Below, in pieces: positions 25,703 through 41,038 of a stretch of 64,000 nt of DNA. Location of the stretch: contig OZ231126.1 in assembly GCA_965153355.1 (NCBI GenBank), positions 24,986,001 through 25,050,000 on the forward strand. Direction: 5' to 3'. Below the pieces are notes generated by a model, which saw nothing but the letters and a program-made list of their open reading frames with translations, ran no database searches and was not told the DNA's origin. The translations under genes were made by a program, and so were the position numbers. This stretch comes from Flaccisagitta enflata. Its lineage: Eukaryota. Each line of letters begins with the position of its first letter. Within the stretch, counting starts at the first letter, position 1.

Positions 25703-25730
25703 ACCGCCGAAGATTTACTTTTCTTTCAAA

Positions 25731-28066
<2,336 letters not shown>

Positions 28067-28110
28067 AAAAAAAAAAAAGAACCATAGGCCGACGTACACT
28101 TTTTTCTTTC

Positions 28111-28393
28111 TTTTTTTTAGTCGCGTGCTACGCGACTCTACATCCCGCTTTGTCGGTCCGTTGGTCCGTCGGTCCGTCGGTCCGTTGGTCCGTCCGTCCA
28201 TCCGTCCGTCGGTCCGTCGGTCCGTCGGTCCGTCGGTCCGTCGGTCCGTCGGTCCGTCGGTCCGTCACACTTTACTTTTTTAGGGTTATTGCGGTCATTG
28301 GCCTCACCGCTCCTGCCCAAACGATCCAGTGGCCTCAAATACGGCCCCCGCCCACCCGCACGCGACTGGGGTAGCCGTGTATCCGGCCTTGTT
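28111..28393 (+). mobile_element. Family A short HINE-like element immediately downstream of the lectin stop codon
   Basis: TTTTTAGTCGCGTGCTACGCGACTCTA ... (GGTCCGTC)n ... GCCGTGTATCCGGCCTTGTT. Confidence 0.85.
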
Positions 28394-30311
28394 TCTTTTC
28401 TATCTTTAAAGGAATGTAAAATATATTGTATCGGTTTTCAATTTGAATCATTTTTACATAGATTTGTATCTATTTGACTATATCTCTGTTAATCTATGTT
28501 CATTTTTAAGTAAGTCTATAAAAAAAGAATACACTTTATAGTACACTATCGTATTTACTCCCCGGTCACGGACGGGTGGGCAGGAGCGAAATAGCCAAAA
28601 AACGTTCACATTTTGTTTTGGTAACCGACGGACGGCCTAACGGATGGATGGACAAACCAACCAATTAACGCGCCCAAAAAGTATTACAAAAATCAGATTA
28701 GAATCTACTACTATTTCTAGTTTAAGGTATCTAAAAAGGATTACTAGGGATTCTAAGATGGAAAGATGTCGAGGATGTAGAGGATGTCGAGGATGGGCTT
28801 CTTCTTTTTTTTACCGTTACATGCAAGATTGGAGCTAGCTTGTAAAAAAAAAAAAATCGTTTAAGGTGTCCAAAAAAAAGTGAATCCTGTACAAAATTGC
28901 ATAAGGAATTCATTTTTTGGGGTTTCAGGGCCCTATGAGGGGGCTTTTAGAAACGCACCCAAAAAAACTGCTAAAAATGGCCATTTTTGGGTATTTTTGG
29001 TAAAAATATTTACCACTATGAGAGCCCAGCACCCAAAACTTGTACGTGGGAACTCATTTTAATGTAAGAGACTAAAACAGAAAGAATCATGATGGTAGGT
29101 GTAGCTTGGGGTCCCCAAAAAGGCCCAAAAGGGGCCCGTAAATCAAGAAAATATAAGTTTTTTATTCATTACGCTCCCAAAAATGCTTGGATTCTCACAA
29201 AATTTGAAATGGAACTTCCTATGTTATGCAACTACCTTCATGCAAATTTTTGTGGCCTTTGATGAACAGCTTCATAGGCTAAAATGACTCAAAAAACTAA
29301 AAATCGCCCTTAAAAAATCGCGTTTTTTAGTTTTTTCTCATGGAAACACTATTTTAAGGTTATGAAACCCAAATATTTTCTAATCAATGATATTTGCTAC
29401 ATCTGTAGAGATTCCAGAAAAAATTTCATCCCTTATTTCCCAAAAGTCGCTGAGATATGACAGTCCGAAATGATATGGTAAACACGAAAAAGTAAAAAAA
29501 TCATCATTTTTTTTATTTCTTATAAAAATCATTACCTGAATGAGATCTCAGCATCTAAAATAAGTATGTGGGAACTCTTCTTGATAAAAGTGACTGAATC
29601 AGAAAGAATCATGATGGTGGCTGTTGCTTGGGGCCCCCCAAAAAGGTTAAAAAAGGGCCCGTAAATCAAAAATATATAAGTTTTTTATTTATGACGATCC
29701 AAAAAATTCTTGGATGCTCAAAAAAATTTGTAAACTAACTTCCTATGTAATGTAACTACCTTCATGCAAAATTTTGTGGCCTTCAATGGACAGCTTCATG
29801 GGCTAAAACGGCTAAAAAAACTAAAAATTGCACCCAAAATGTCTTTTTTTTAGTTTTCTCTCAGTAAGATATTATTTCTAGGTCATTTTAATCGACTTCT
29901 TTTTTAATCAGTAATGAACAGCTTCATAGGTTAAAAAAAAACCCCTTCAAATGACTTAGAATGACTTAAAATGACGAAAAAACCCAAAAAACCCTTTTAA
30001 TGACCCTAATGACCAATAATGAATTAAAATGACTTAGAATGACTTAGAATGACTTGGAATAACTATCAATGACTTTAAATGACTTGAAATGGCTTAAGAG
30101 TTGACATTATAGCATAACATGTGACGGATGGACGGACGGACAGACTAACAGACCAACAGACCGACAAAGCTGGGTGTAGAGTCGCGAGCACGCGACTAAA
30201 AACATGCATTTTTTTTAGCCGAGTGGTACAGTTGTGTTCCGCGGCTCAAAAAACATTTTTCGGGAAAAAAGGGGAGGGATGGAGGGAAGAAAGTGATATG
30301 GGGCAATGAGT

Positions 30312-30418
<107 letters not shown>

Positions 30419-31327
30419 GCTACAGCAAGACAGAGACAGAGATACAGCGAGAGATTGACAGTAAGAAGGGGGAGGGAGTTGGGAGGGAGTTGGTGATTTG
30501 AAAGAACAAGGCCAGATACACGGCCAGACGCCCAGATGCCTGCTGTTGGACAGGGGACAAAGAAGGTTATTTCAGAGAGCAAAAAAACATGAAAAATACC
30601 AGAAAAGTAAAAAGAGGATGTACCAACCAACCAGCCTACAGACCAATATAGTGAGCTGTAGAGGCGCGTTGCATGCGACCAAAAAGAGTGATTTCTGCTC
30701 GAAACAAAACTCTGGCAATAAATCTCTTTTGTGTTCAAATGTTGGTTGATGAGAAGATGCCTCGCCTAAAAAGTAAGAAAGTGTTTTTTTAAGTCTTGTG
30801 CACCCATCTATATAAATTGGACTTGCGGTCCATCAGTCCTTTGCTCCATTTCTCAGTCAGATCTGAAACATTGTTTCCTTAGCTAACACAATTGTTTTTG
30901 AGTCATTTTCATCCTATTTATTTTTTTGCAGACACGCAACTGTATAAGAGGCTTTGTCCGTCTGTCTGTTGGTGTTTCTGTCTGTCTGTTGGTCCATCAG
31001 TCCATTGGTCCGTCTGTCATGATTGAGTTGAAAAGTGGGAAAACTAATTTTTTTTTTAAATTTTAGTGTATGATTAAGTGTTTTGTTAAGGTGGATTGGG
31101 GTTGTAGGCCCCTGCCCACCCGTCTGCAACCATGTTGTGACCCTGCCTTCCTTTTTTTTTTCACTGCCTCTGCCTATTTGCACGCGACTTGTGCCACATG
31201 CGCAGCCATGAATCTGGCCTTTTTTTAACAATAACTGTTATGTAATTGGTCGGCAGAACCCATTCATCCAAAACAAGGCTGGATACATGGCTACTGTAGT
31301 TGCATGCAGATGGGCAGGGGCAGTGAT

Positions 31328-31455
31328 AAACAGGTTGCAATAAGTGGTCAGCGATACCCAATGCCCTGTTTTGCTGGGTTCTAAATCAGAATTAGAGGCA
31401 GGGCAGCGGCCCTGAAGGGGACAAAGTCCTGTAGAATACAGGGGATTTTTGTTCA
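31328..31455 (-). mobile_element. Family B terminal fragment
   Basis: TGGTCAGCGATACCCAATGCCCTG...CAGGGCAGCGGCCCTGAAGGGGACAAAGTCCTGTAGAA. Confidence 0.7.
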
Positions 31456-31801
31456 TTTGTTCTTCTTACCTTAGCTTTTCTTACCTTTGTTTTTTTACCT
31501 AACTAAAAATCTTTTGGAGGTTCATTGAAAAAGGTCAAGGGTTCCAAGGGCTGCTGTTCAAAAACGAGAAGGATTCTTCGTAGGTTTTGCTGCTTCAACT
31601 TCTCATTTTCTTACGCGCAAGATTTTTTTAAACACAAGTGCGAGGGTTATTTTTTTTCCTTTTCCTTTCATTCTTTTTTCTTCTGGAGAATGTTTCACGA
31701 CATTTAGTCTGTTTTACTTTATATGCACTTCTCTTATTCTGGGTCTTTGTCTGGGTGTCTCTGTTTCACTTACCATGTACTTCTTTGTCTCAGTCTCTTT
31801 A

Positions 31802-31896
<95 letters not shown>

Positions 31897-31900
<4 letters not shown>

Positions 31901-32117
31901 AGTTGCAGACACGCAACTCTATAAGAGGCTTTGACCGTCCGTCTGTCCGTCCGTCCGTCCGTCCGTCCGTGGTCATCGAGTTGAAAAGTGGGAAAAACGA
32001 GCGTTTTTGATACTTTTTGTGTATGTTTGAGTATTGAGGATGGGTATGCGTGTGGATGGGGGTTGGATGCCCCTGCCCACCTGTCCGCAACAATACTGTG
32101 ATCCCGCGTCACTTGTT
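31897..32117 (+). mobile_element. Family A variant (ends CCCGCGTCACTTGTT); further copies or fragments near 11215-11352, 13741-13882, 22808-23012, 30121-30201, 30505-30684, 30920-31150, 41270-41447, 53735-53870, 55727-55870
   Basis: AGTTGC..ACGCAACTCTATAAGAGGCTT, (GTCC)n, GCCCCTGCCCAC..GTCCGCAAC shared between copies. Confidence 0.75.
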
Positions 32118-32506
32118 TTTAATTCATTTGAGGTTCACTAGAGTGCATGTAAAAGGACTGAGAAAAAATATGCCATACAGTGAAGCTACCTTATTGCCAA
32201 AAAAGAAATAACAAGAAAAAAATACATTTTTTTGCCTTGTATGCAGGCATGCCTTATTGGCAGATGTGCTCCACTGTACATAGTGGATTAGGATCACGCC
32301 ATTGCCTGAAATTTTTTTTTGTCTGACCTTCCAAGTATGTCCTTTTTATCTGTTGTTCTGCAAATCAGTCAGATGGTCTATTGGTTGTTGATATGTATGT
32401 TTTTTAAATTTTGTTTTTCATAAATTTACATTTCTAGTCATTGTTTTTTTTTGTCTTTGTTTATTATGTTCTTTTTCTTTCATTCAACTTTTTTTTGCAT
32501 ATTTAA

Positions 32507-33119
32507 GGTACTACCAGAATTAAAAAAAACGCAAGTTTTTTCTATGCCAATTTACGCGCCTTTGGCTAACTTTAGAAACAATTTATTGGTGACCAAATTG
32601 AAGCTTTTTTCAAGGGCTTTCTTTTGAGCGCAATCACACATTTGTAGCTTTATTCGTTTAGAAGTTACATTCAAATGAAGGTGAGTAAGTCAAAATTTCA
32701 TTTCGCAGTTGGAGGAGAAAGAGGTCATTTCTAATTAGAAATTATTTCTCTATGGTTGTCATTTTTGTAACCATTTGAGCATTTATGCTCATTTTGTCAC
32801 CAATCATGGTGCTCATATGAAAGTTACCCAATGTCTGCCATGAAACATGAAACACTTCTAGCGGGTAAGTGTGATAAAACGTCCAAAATCATCATGGATA
32901 TTTCCCAATACCATTATTTTTTTTTTCCAAAATACCTCCTGCTTTTGCGCGGCTTTTTCTCATCAGTTACTGAATTCTATTGACTAAAACTCTCAAATTT
33001 GATGGACAGGAGCTCTAAAAAACCTAACTTGCCCTCAAAATGCCGTTCATTAGTGAAATATAGTCCAATCTGAACAATTCTATGAAAAACTTGCGTTTTT
33101 TTTAATTCGGGTAGTAATC
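32507..33119. mobile_element. Kolobok-like MITE
   Basis: TTAA|GGTACTACCAGAATTAAAAAAAACGCAAGTTTTT and inverted AAAAACTTGCGTTTTTTTTAATTCGGGTAGTA. The right end is degenerate. Confidence 0.65.
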
Positions 33120-35724
33120 TCAGGTTTTTTTTATCCTTTTCCATTTTACCACTTGTTTATGTTTTTTCGGGCATTTCTATCCACATTGTGTCATCAAAAA
33201 TCATTTTATGACCTAGTCAGCTTTTTTCAGTAAAGTTCAATCATTTTACATTATTTTTTTTATTTCTATCATTAATTTTCTTTCATTTTAAACTTTTTTT
33301 TTTGCATTTTCTTGCTGATCTTTTCATGGTCATTTTAAGTCTTTCTTAGTCATTTTGATGAAGTTCAAGTCTCTCATTTTAAGTCTTTTTCAAATTTGTC
33401 TAAGTTATTTCAAATTATTCTAACTCTTTTTTTCACTCTCTTTTATCTGGTATACTCTCCCTGAATCATCTTTTATTTACTGATTTACTAAATTCTTTTT
33501 TGTTTTTTGTTGAATTCAAAAAGGGTTGAATGTATAGTGGAAAACCCAATGCACAAGACTATTGTACTCTCCATTTTAGAAAAACCTTTGCGGTTGACTG
33601 TTTTGGATTCCCTTGGAACAACCCGTGCATGGCTGTCAGCATCAATATTCTTTCTTAATAAGTAAATTACATCAAGAAAAGTTCACACCTAAATTTTTTA
33701 GATGTGGAGATCTCATTTAGGTAAAGATTTTTATAAGAAATATAAAAAAATGCTGATTTTTTTACTTTTTTGCGTTTACCATATCATTTCGGACAGTCAT
33801 ATCTCAGCGACATTTGGGAAATAAGGGATGAAATTTTTTCTGGAATCTCTACAAATGTAGCAAATATCATTGATTAGAAAATATTTGGGTTACATGACCT
33901 TAAAATAGTATTTCCATGAGAAAAAACTAAAAAACGCGATTTTCGAAGGGCGATTTTTAGTTTTTTGAGTCATTTTAGCCTATGAAGCTGTTCATCAAAG
34001 GCCACAAAAATTTGCATGAAGGTAGTTGCATAACATAGGAAGTTCCATTTCAAATTTTGTGAGAATCCAAGCATTTTTGGGAGCGTAATGAATAAAAAAC
34101 TTATATTTTCTTGATTTACGGGCCCCTTTTGGGCCTTTTTGGGGACCCCAAGCTACACCCACCATCATAATTCTTTCTGTTTTAGTCTCTTACATTAAGA
34201 TGAGTTCCCACTTACAAGTTTTGGGTGCTGGGCTCTGATAGATATAGATTTTTTTACCAAAAATACCCAAAAATGGCCATTTTTAGCAGTTTTTTTGGGT
34301 GCGTTTCTAAAAGCCCCCTCATAGGGCCCTGAAACCCCAAAAAATGAATTCCTGATGAAATTTTGTATGGGATTCACTTTTTTTTGGACACCTTAAACGA
34401 TTTTTTTTTTTTCGACTAGAAATAATGCAGCTAGCTCCAATCTTGCATGTAACGGTTTAGACCGGCCTTTTTCGAAATCATGTCCTCAGCCCCCTTAAAA
34501 ATGTTTTTCATCCGAGTAGCACAATCTAGCCCTCAAAATCTTCCGACATGAAAATCTGCCATATTTAACAAAGATTTACCCAACAACTTTGCCCAACAAT
34601 TTGAAAAGTATGTATGTAATAGGACAGGGGTTCTGACACAGATTTTGGCAGATCCTTCTTGTTAACGGCACTTTGGCTCAAAATCAATGTAGTATTAATG
34701 TTCTGCCTTCAAAAGTCGCATTGGGTATCAGGAAATTGTGACCGCCACCCCCCACCCCCCCTCAGAAGGTGGTGACCTCTAAAGATTAAGCAATTCGCCT
34801 TCTTTTGCTAATAAATTCTAAATGGATCATTCAAAAAGCCTGGTGATGGTCTCATTTGAAAGGTATTTACGTGGAGAACATGAAAGATTACTGATATGAA
34901 AGAGGGGTCCCAAGGGGGGGCCCTTAAGGGGCCCCTAAAGTGATTGAAGGGGCCCCCAAAGCATCCAATACATGAAAATGTGCAATGATTTGTTAAAAAA
35001 AACTAGGTAATGGTGTCATTTAAAACGTTTCTACCCATAGAATATGAAAATTACTGATGTGGAAGAGGGGGCGCCAAAGGGGCCCCTAAAGAACCCCAAA
35101 GAGGTTAAAGGGGCCCTAGAAGGATCTATAACCATGAAAATGTAGATTGGACTCTTTGATAAATCTGATTGTGGTGTTTTTGGAAGGTATCTACATGGAG
35201 AACATGAAATGTTATTGACATGGATGATGGGGTCCCTAGGTGGCCGCTTAGGGCCCCCAAAGGGGGCCCTAAGCAGGATCTAAAGCCTTGAAAATTTAAA
35301 ATGAATTGTTCAAAAAATCTGATAGTGGTCTCATTTGGGAGGTATTTACATAAAAAACATAAAACATTACTGATATGGAAAATTCGGTTCCCAGGGGGCC
35401 CCTAAGGAGCCGCTAAGGAGTAAAAGAGGACCCCAATGAATCCAAAATCATTAAAATCTTGAATTGTCATAGTCTTCTCTAAAAGACAGACCAAAATAAA
35501 CAAACAGATAGGTATACAGACAGAGGGACGGACAAAAAGACAGACAGACAAATGGGCGGATAAACCAAGGGAGTGCAGAGTGTGGAGTTCAGTTGAGTTT
35601 AGCTGGGCAATCAGTTATGGATGTCAACTCCTATGTGTCAAGATTAAGGAAAAATCTTGACACAAATGTCTGTCTGTCTTTTTGTGTGTCTGTCTTTTTG
35701 TGTGTCTGTCTATCTGAATACCTA

Positions 35725-36232
35725 CAGTAGATGTCGTCTATACTTGGAAATACGGGGGCCCTCATACTATAACTACCATTTATGCCAGTGAAATAAAACT
35801 GTGTGTGTATAATGCTTATGTCCTATAGGGTTGATGATGGGGTATGGCAGCTCTGTGGAAAGAAAATTCTTTTGAGTACACTAAATCATATTAGCTCCGT
35901 TTGAACAGCTGTCGGAATTGGTCTAGTGGTTAACTCACTTATCTTCAGATTTGTTGCAAGCAGTTTATTTCTTTAAAGGTTCCAGGTTCGAATCCGGGCT
36001 GGTTTTGCAACTTAAGCAAACAGATAAAGCTGAAATTCTGCCAAAAAAGTGATTGATTCTAATGTTTTATACTAAAAGTTTTTTTTGTAAAGTAAGCTGT
36101 AGGGGGATGCTATACCCCATCGTCAACCCCTTAGGGTCTATACATTACACCAGCAAAATATCAGTCCCCTCATTGTACTGATGCTCAGGTTATGAGCTCC
36201 CCCGTATTTCCAAGTCTAGACGACATCTACTG
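35725..36232. mobile_element. Tc1/mariner-type MITE nested in the hAT element
   Basis: TA|CAGTAGATGTCGTCTATACTTGGAAATACGGGGG ... CCCCCGTATTTCCAAGTCTAGACGACATCTACTG|TA. Confidence 0.85.
35911..36005 (+). other. tRNA-like Pol III promoter sequence (A and B boxes), probably not a functional tRNA
   Basis: A box TGGTCTAGTGG at 35919-35929 and B box GGTTCGAATCC at 35985-35995 in an imperfect T-stem. Acceptor and anticodon stems are poor. Confidence 0.6.
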
Positions 36233-38617
36233 TATCTGTTTATTTCGGTTTGTCTTTTTGGAGAAAACTAAAACAATTAAAGATTTTCATGATTTTGGAT
36301 TCATTGGGGCCCTCTTTTACTCCTTAGCGGCTCCTTAGGGGCCCCTTGGAAACCAAATTTTCCATATCAGTAACCTTTTATGTTTTTTATGTAAATATCT
36401 TCTAAATGAGACCACTTCCAGATTTTTGAACAATTCATTTTGAATTTTCAAGACTTTAGATCCTTTGGGGTCCTCTTCAATCCCTTTGGGGGCCCTAAGC
36501 GGCCACCTGGGGACCCCATCATCCATGTCAATAACATTTCATGTTCTCCACATAGATACCTTCCAAAAACACCACAATCAGATTTATCAAAGAGTCCAAT
36601 CTACATTTTCATGGTTATAGATCCTTCAAGGGCCCCTTTTACCTCTTTGGGGTTCTTTAGGGGCCCCTTTGGAGCCCTCTCTTCCATATCAGTAATTTTT
36701 CATATTCTATGGGTAGAATCGTTTTAAATGACCTAGTTTTTTTAACAAATCATTGCACATTTTCATGTATTGGATGCTTTGGGGGCCCCTTCAATCACTT
36801 TAGGGGCCCCTTAAGGGCCCCCCCCTTGGGACCCCTCTTTCATATCAGTAATCTTTCATGTTCTCCACGTAAATACCTTTCAAATGAGACCATCACCAGG
36901 CTTTTTGAATGATCCATTTAGAATTTATTAGCAAAAGAAGGCGAATTGCTTAATCTTTAGGGGTCACCACCTTCTGAGGGGGGGTGGGGGGTGGCGGTCA
37001 CAATTTCCTGATACCCAATGCGACTTTTGAAGGCAGAACATTAATACTACATTGATTTTGAGCCAAAGTGCCGTTAACAAGAAGGATCTGCCAAAATCTG
37101 TGTCAGAACCCCTGTCCTAGTATGTAACTCGACCTACACTGATTGATAAAAGCTTAAAAGAAAACCATCTTTGCCTAATCTTTCTTGAAATAACTAAATA
37201 CAGTAACAAAAGAGAAATTTGAGTTTATTATCACGACATCTTTTTTTCCAACTCTCTTTTTTTTTTTGACACAAAAACATAAAAGAAAGCGCAATGATCC
37301 TCTTTGATTGTTTATCATCCTTGTACAGTGTACACATACGCATATCTAACTTGAGTTTTTATACCTATTCTTCTTTTTGCCATGGCTGTTAAGTAGAGCC
37401 ATTCGTTATGAGCAATCCAAATTTATTTCAAATTAACAAAAGTGACGTCACTCTGAAAGCTACCGATTTAAAAATTGGATGGTATTTTCATTGCATTGAA
37501 ACAGTTATCAGTCGCGTGCACGCGACCCAATTATTTGTTATCGTTATGTCAGAAATAAATTAAAAATTTCCTCTTTGCCTGTTTGTTTTTAACCATTGCA
37601 AACCCGTCTGAGTCCATCTAGACACAATTTCTTTTGAAAGCCAGATGTCCCCTCAGTCTTCACATATCGAGAAACTTTGATCCGGAGGGGTTTGGGATAC
37701 TTATTTAAATATCATATGTCAAGTACCTAAATGATGAATGATATCTACATTAAGTGACAAATGCCGAAGTATGTTGATTCCTTGCCAATCAAATTTGTAA
37801 AATCAATCTATCCTTCTAATCGATCATTATCTCTCCTTTTTGATTGCGGACACGCCATTCTTTAAGAGGTCCGTTGGTCCATCTGTGCCTGTGGTGATCA
37901 ACCCATTGCATAACGACTTTTGTAGTAACGCCATTTCCGGTATTCTCCATGGCAACGTAACGCCATTTTGGCGTCTATATGGCGTTATTTGAGGCGTTAT
38001 TATTGTTGTCATCGGTGTCACTTTTTTGTCCATCTTTTTTTACTCACTATGGATTTTTTGTGATCATTTGAAAAAAAAACAAAGATAGAAAGAATGTTAT
38101 ATAATTAGAAAAAAGTCGAATTACGTAATTCGACTTTTTGAAACGTAGGGGAGAAATAAAGTTTTCCATTTTGGATTTGAGGCAATTTTAGAAAGTTAGG
38201 CCGTTTTTGGGCTGGGATGATACTTTTTTTGATATTCATAGCTAAGAAAGAGCTTATTTTTCTCTTTCAAATGGCGCCAACCAGAAGTCTCTACGATCAT
38301 TAGTTTTGGCGCTATGAATTTTTGAATCTTTTTGTATTTTTCCACATTTTTGCGAAAATAAATTTTTTTCATTGATCCTTTTTTTTTACCCTGTGTAACA
38401 AGAGAGAAGAGTCAAGATGTTACACAAATCGACCCTAACTTTTTTGAAGCTAGCTTTTGCATTTTACACTTTTTGAAAAAGAGAAAAAAGAAAACCGAGA
38501 GAGAGAAAGAGAGACAAAAAGAATAGAAAGTGAAAGAGAAAGAGAGAGAGAGAGACACACACACACACTCACACACACACCCACTCACACATACACATTC
38601 ACACACACACACATTCA

Positions 38618-38713
<96 letters not shown>

Positions 38714-39118
38714 ACACACACACACATACACACACTCAAAGACAAAGGAAGACCAAAAAAGAGACACAGAAAGACAGATTGAATAACCGGCAGGCAGTCA
38801 ACCAGACATCATGAGATGCACATAGAAGAACATGCATGGAAAAAAACACTCCCATTTACGACTTTTTTCCGGTCGGCGAGAGCCGCCTTTATTGGTATAT
38901 TTACTATCAATAATAATTTTTTTCATTTTTCACTCTTCACTTCTCATTTTTTATTTTTTATTTTTCATTTTCCATTTTCCATCTTTCACTTTTCACTTTT
39001 TACTTTTTATTTTTTATTTTTAGTTCTTACTTTTTTTTTCATTTTTTACTTTTCATTTTTCACTTTTTAGTTTTTACTTTTTTTTATTTTTTTAATTTTT
39101 GACTTTTTTCTTTTTTGA

Positions 39119-40647
39119 CTTTTTGTCCGCGACGGAATACCATTCCGACGTGGACTATAATTCGAGGCGGGTGGGTGTCGTCGTTGTCGTCGTTGTCGTT
39201 GTCGTTGTCATTGTCGTTGTCATCCACACTTTTAAAAATGGGCTAACTTTTGAACGCCTAGACCGATTTGCTTCATATTTGGAGGGAAGTTGTATTAGGG
39301 TAAGCCGCTTTGCAGCCTATGCGTATGTGATGATCCGACCCACCTAACCGGCCCAACCAGCCTACCAGCCTAAAAGTGAAAAACGTGCATAACTTCGGCA
39401 TTTTTCTACCGATTTGGTTAAAATTTGGTATGTAGTCCCTAAACGGAAGAACTCAACATATGTACTTGAATTGTAAAGATTTTAGCATGCTAACCGGCCA
39501 AACAGGCCTACCACCCAACCAGCCTACTAGCCTAAAAGTGAAAAACATGCATAACTTTGGCATTTTTCAACCAATTTGGTTAAAACTTGGTATGTAGTCT
39601 CTAAATGGAAGGACTCAACATATGTATTCTATTCGTAAAGATTTTAGCATGCTAACCGGCCAAACCAGCCTACCACCCAACCAGCCTACTAGCCTAAAAG
39701 TGAAAAACGTGCATAACTTTGGCACTTTTCAATCGATTTGGTTAAAACTTGGTATGTAGTGTCTAAATGGAAGGACTCAACATATGTATTTGATTTGAAA
39801 AGATTTTAGCATGGTAACCGGCCAAACCGGCCTACCACCCAACCAGCCTACCAGCCTAATAGTGAGAAACGTGCATAACTTCGGCATTTTTCTACCGATT
39901 TGGTTAAAATTTGGTATGTAGTCCCTAAATGGAAGAACTCAACATATGTATTTGAATTGTAAAGATTTTAGAATGGTAACCGGCCAAACCAGCCTACCAC
40001 TCAACCCGCCCACCAGCCTAAAAGTGAAAAACGTGCATAACTTTGGCATTTTTCAACCAATTTGGTTAAAACTTGGTATGTAGTCTCTAAATGGAAGGAC
40101 TCAACATATGCATTTGATTTGTAAAGATTATAGCATGCTAACTGGCCAGACTGGCCAAACCGCCATTTGACAATGCCGTTTGACATCGCCGTTTGACAAC
40201 GCCGTTTGACAAGACCGTTTGACAACGCCGTTTGACAACGCTGTTTGACAACGCTGTTTGATAACGCCATTTGACAACGCTGCTTGACAACGCCATTTGA
40301 CAACGCCAGCTTGACAACGCCGCTTGACAACGCCAGCGATAACGCCGCTTGACAACGCCATGACAACGCCAGATGACAACGCCGATGATAACGCCGTATG
40401 ACAACGCCGTATGACAACGCCGTATGACAACGCCGTTTGACAACGCCGTATGACAACGCCGTATGACAACGCCGTATGACAACGCAGTATGACAACGCCG
40501 TATGACAACGCCGTATGACAACGCCGTATGACAACGCCGTATGACAACGCCGTATGACAACGCCGTATGACAACGCCGTTTGACAACGCCATTTGACAAC
40601 GCCGTTTGACAACGCCGTTTGACCCCAGTCGCGGACCCATACTCTTT
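39119..40647 (+). mobile_element. HINE-like element carrying 5 x 162-bp and ~30 x 15-bp tandem repeats
   Basis: T-run + GTCCGCGAC at the start and inverted GTCGCGGAC at about 40628. (GTC/GTT)n near the 5' end. cctaa.agtg recurs at 39369, 39531, 39693, 39855 and 40017. GACAACGCCGT(A/T)T-based 15-mers at 40160-40622. Confidence 0.75.
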
Positions 40648-40969
40648 TAAGATTTTTTTCTTTTAATTTTTCCACTTTTAATTTTTGATACACAGTTTTT
40701 CTTTTTTCTCTTTTTTTAACCTTTAATGTTTAAGGTTTCATATTTAAATTCTAGTTTCATATACTTTAATTTTTTATTCTTTAGATTTTTTGTATAGCAG
40801 CATTTATATATTCCTTTTATCAAAAATGTTTGAAAGTTTGAAAATGATCAATCATTCTCCCACATGCTTAACATGAGATTCAATAACATTGATGTAACAT
40901 AAATGCTGAAACGACTCTCTTGGTTTTGGTCTCAGTCTCTCATAGAGGAATAACTACAGAGATACAGTG

Positions 40970-41038
<69 letters not shown>

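Larger units (their letters stand above)
34620..37119. mobile_element. hAT-type foldback element with ~0.9-kb TIRs
   Basis: TAGGACAGGGGTTCTGACACAG ... CTGTGTCAGAACCCCTGTCCTA. 8-bp TSD GTATGTAA at 34612-34619 and 37120-37127. Confidence 0.9.

Noticed and set aside
32178-32276. TA|CAGTG...CACTG|TA mini-element
   Set aside because: The inverted match is short and imperfect, so it is too weak to call.
40001-40693. Repeat array and ORFs (RRCHTALSYGVVI) that could be mistaken for a CRISPR array or repeat protein
   Set aside because: It is a head-to-tail 15-bp minisatellite with no unique spacers and no cas genes, in a eukaryotic context.
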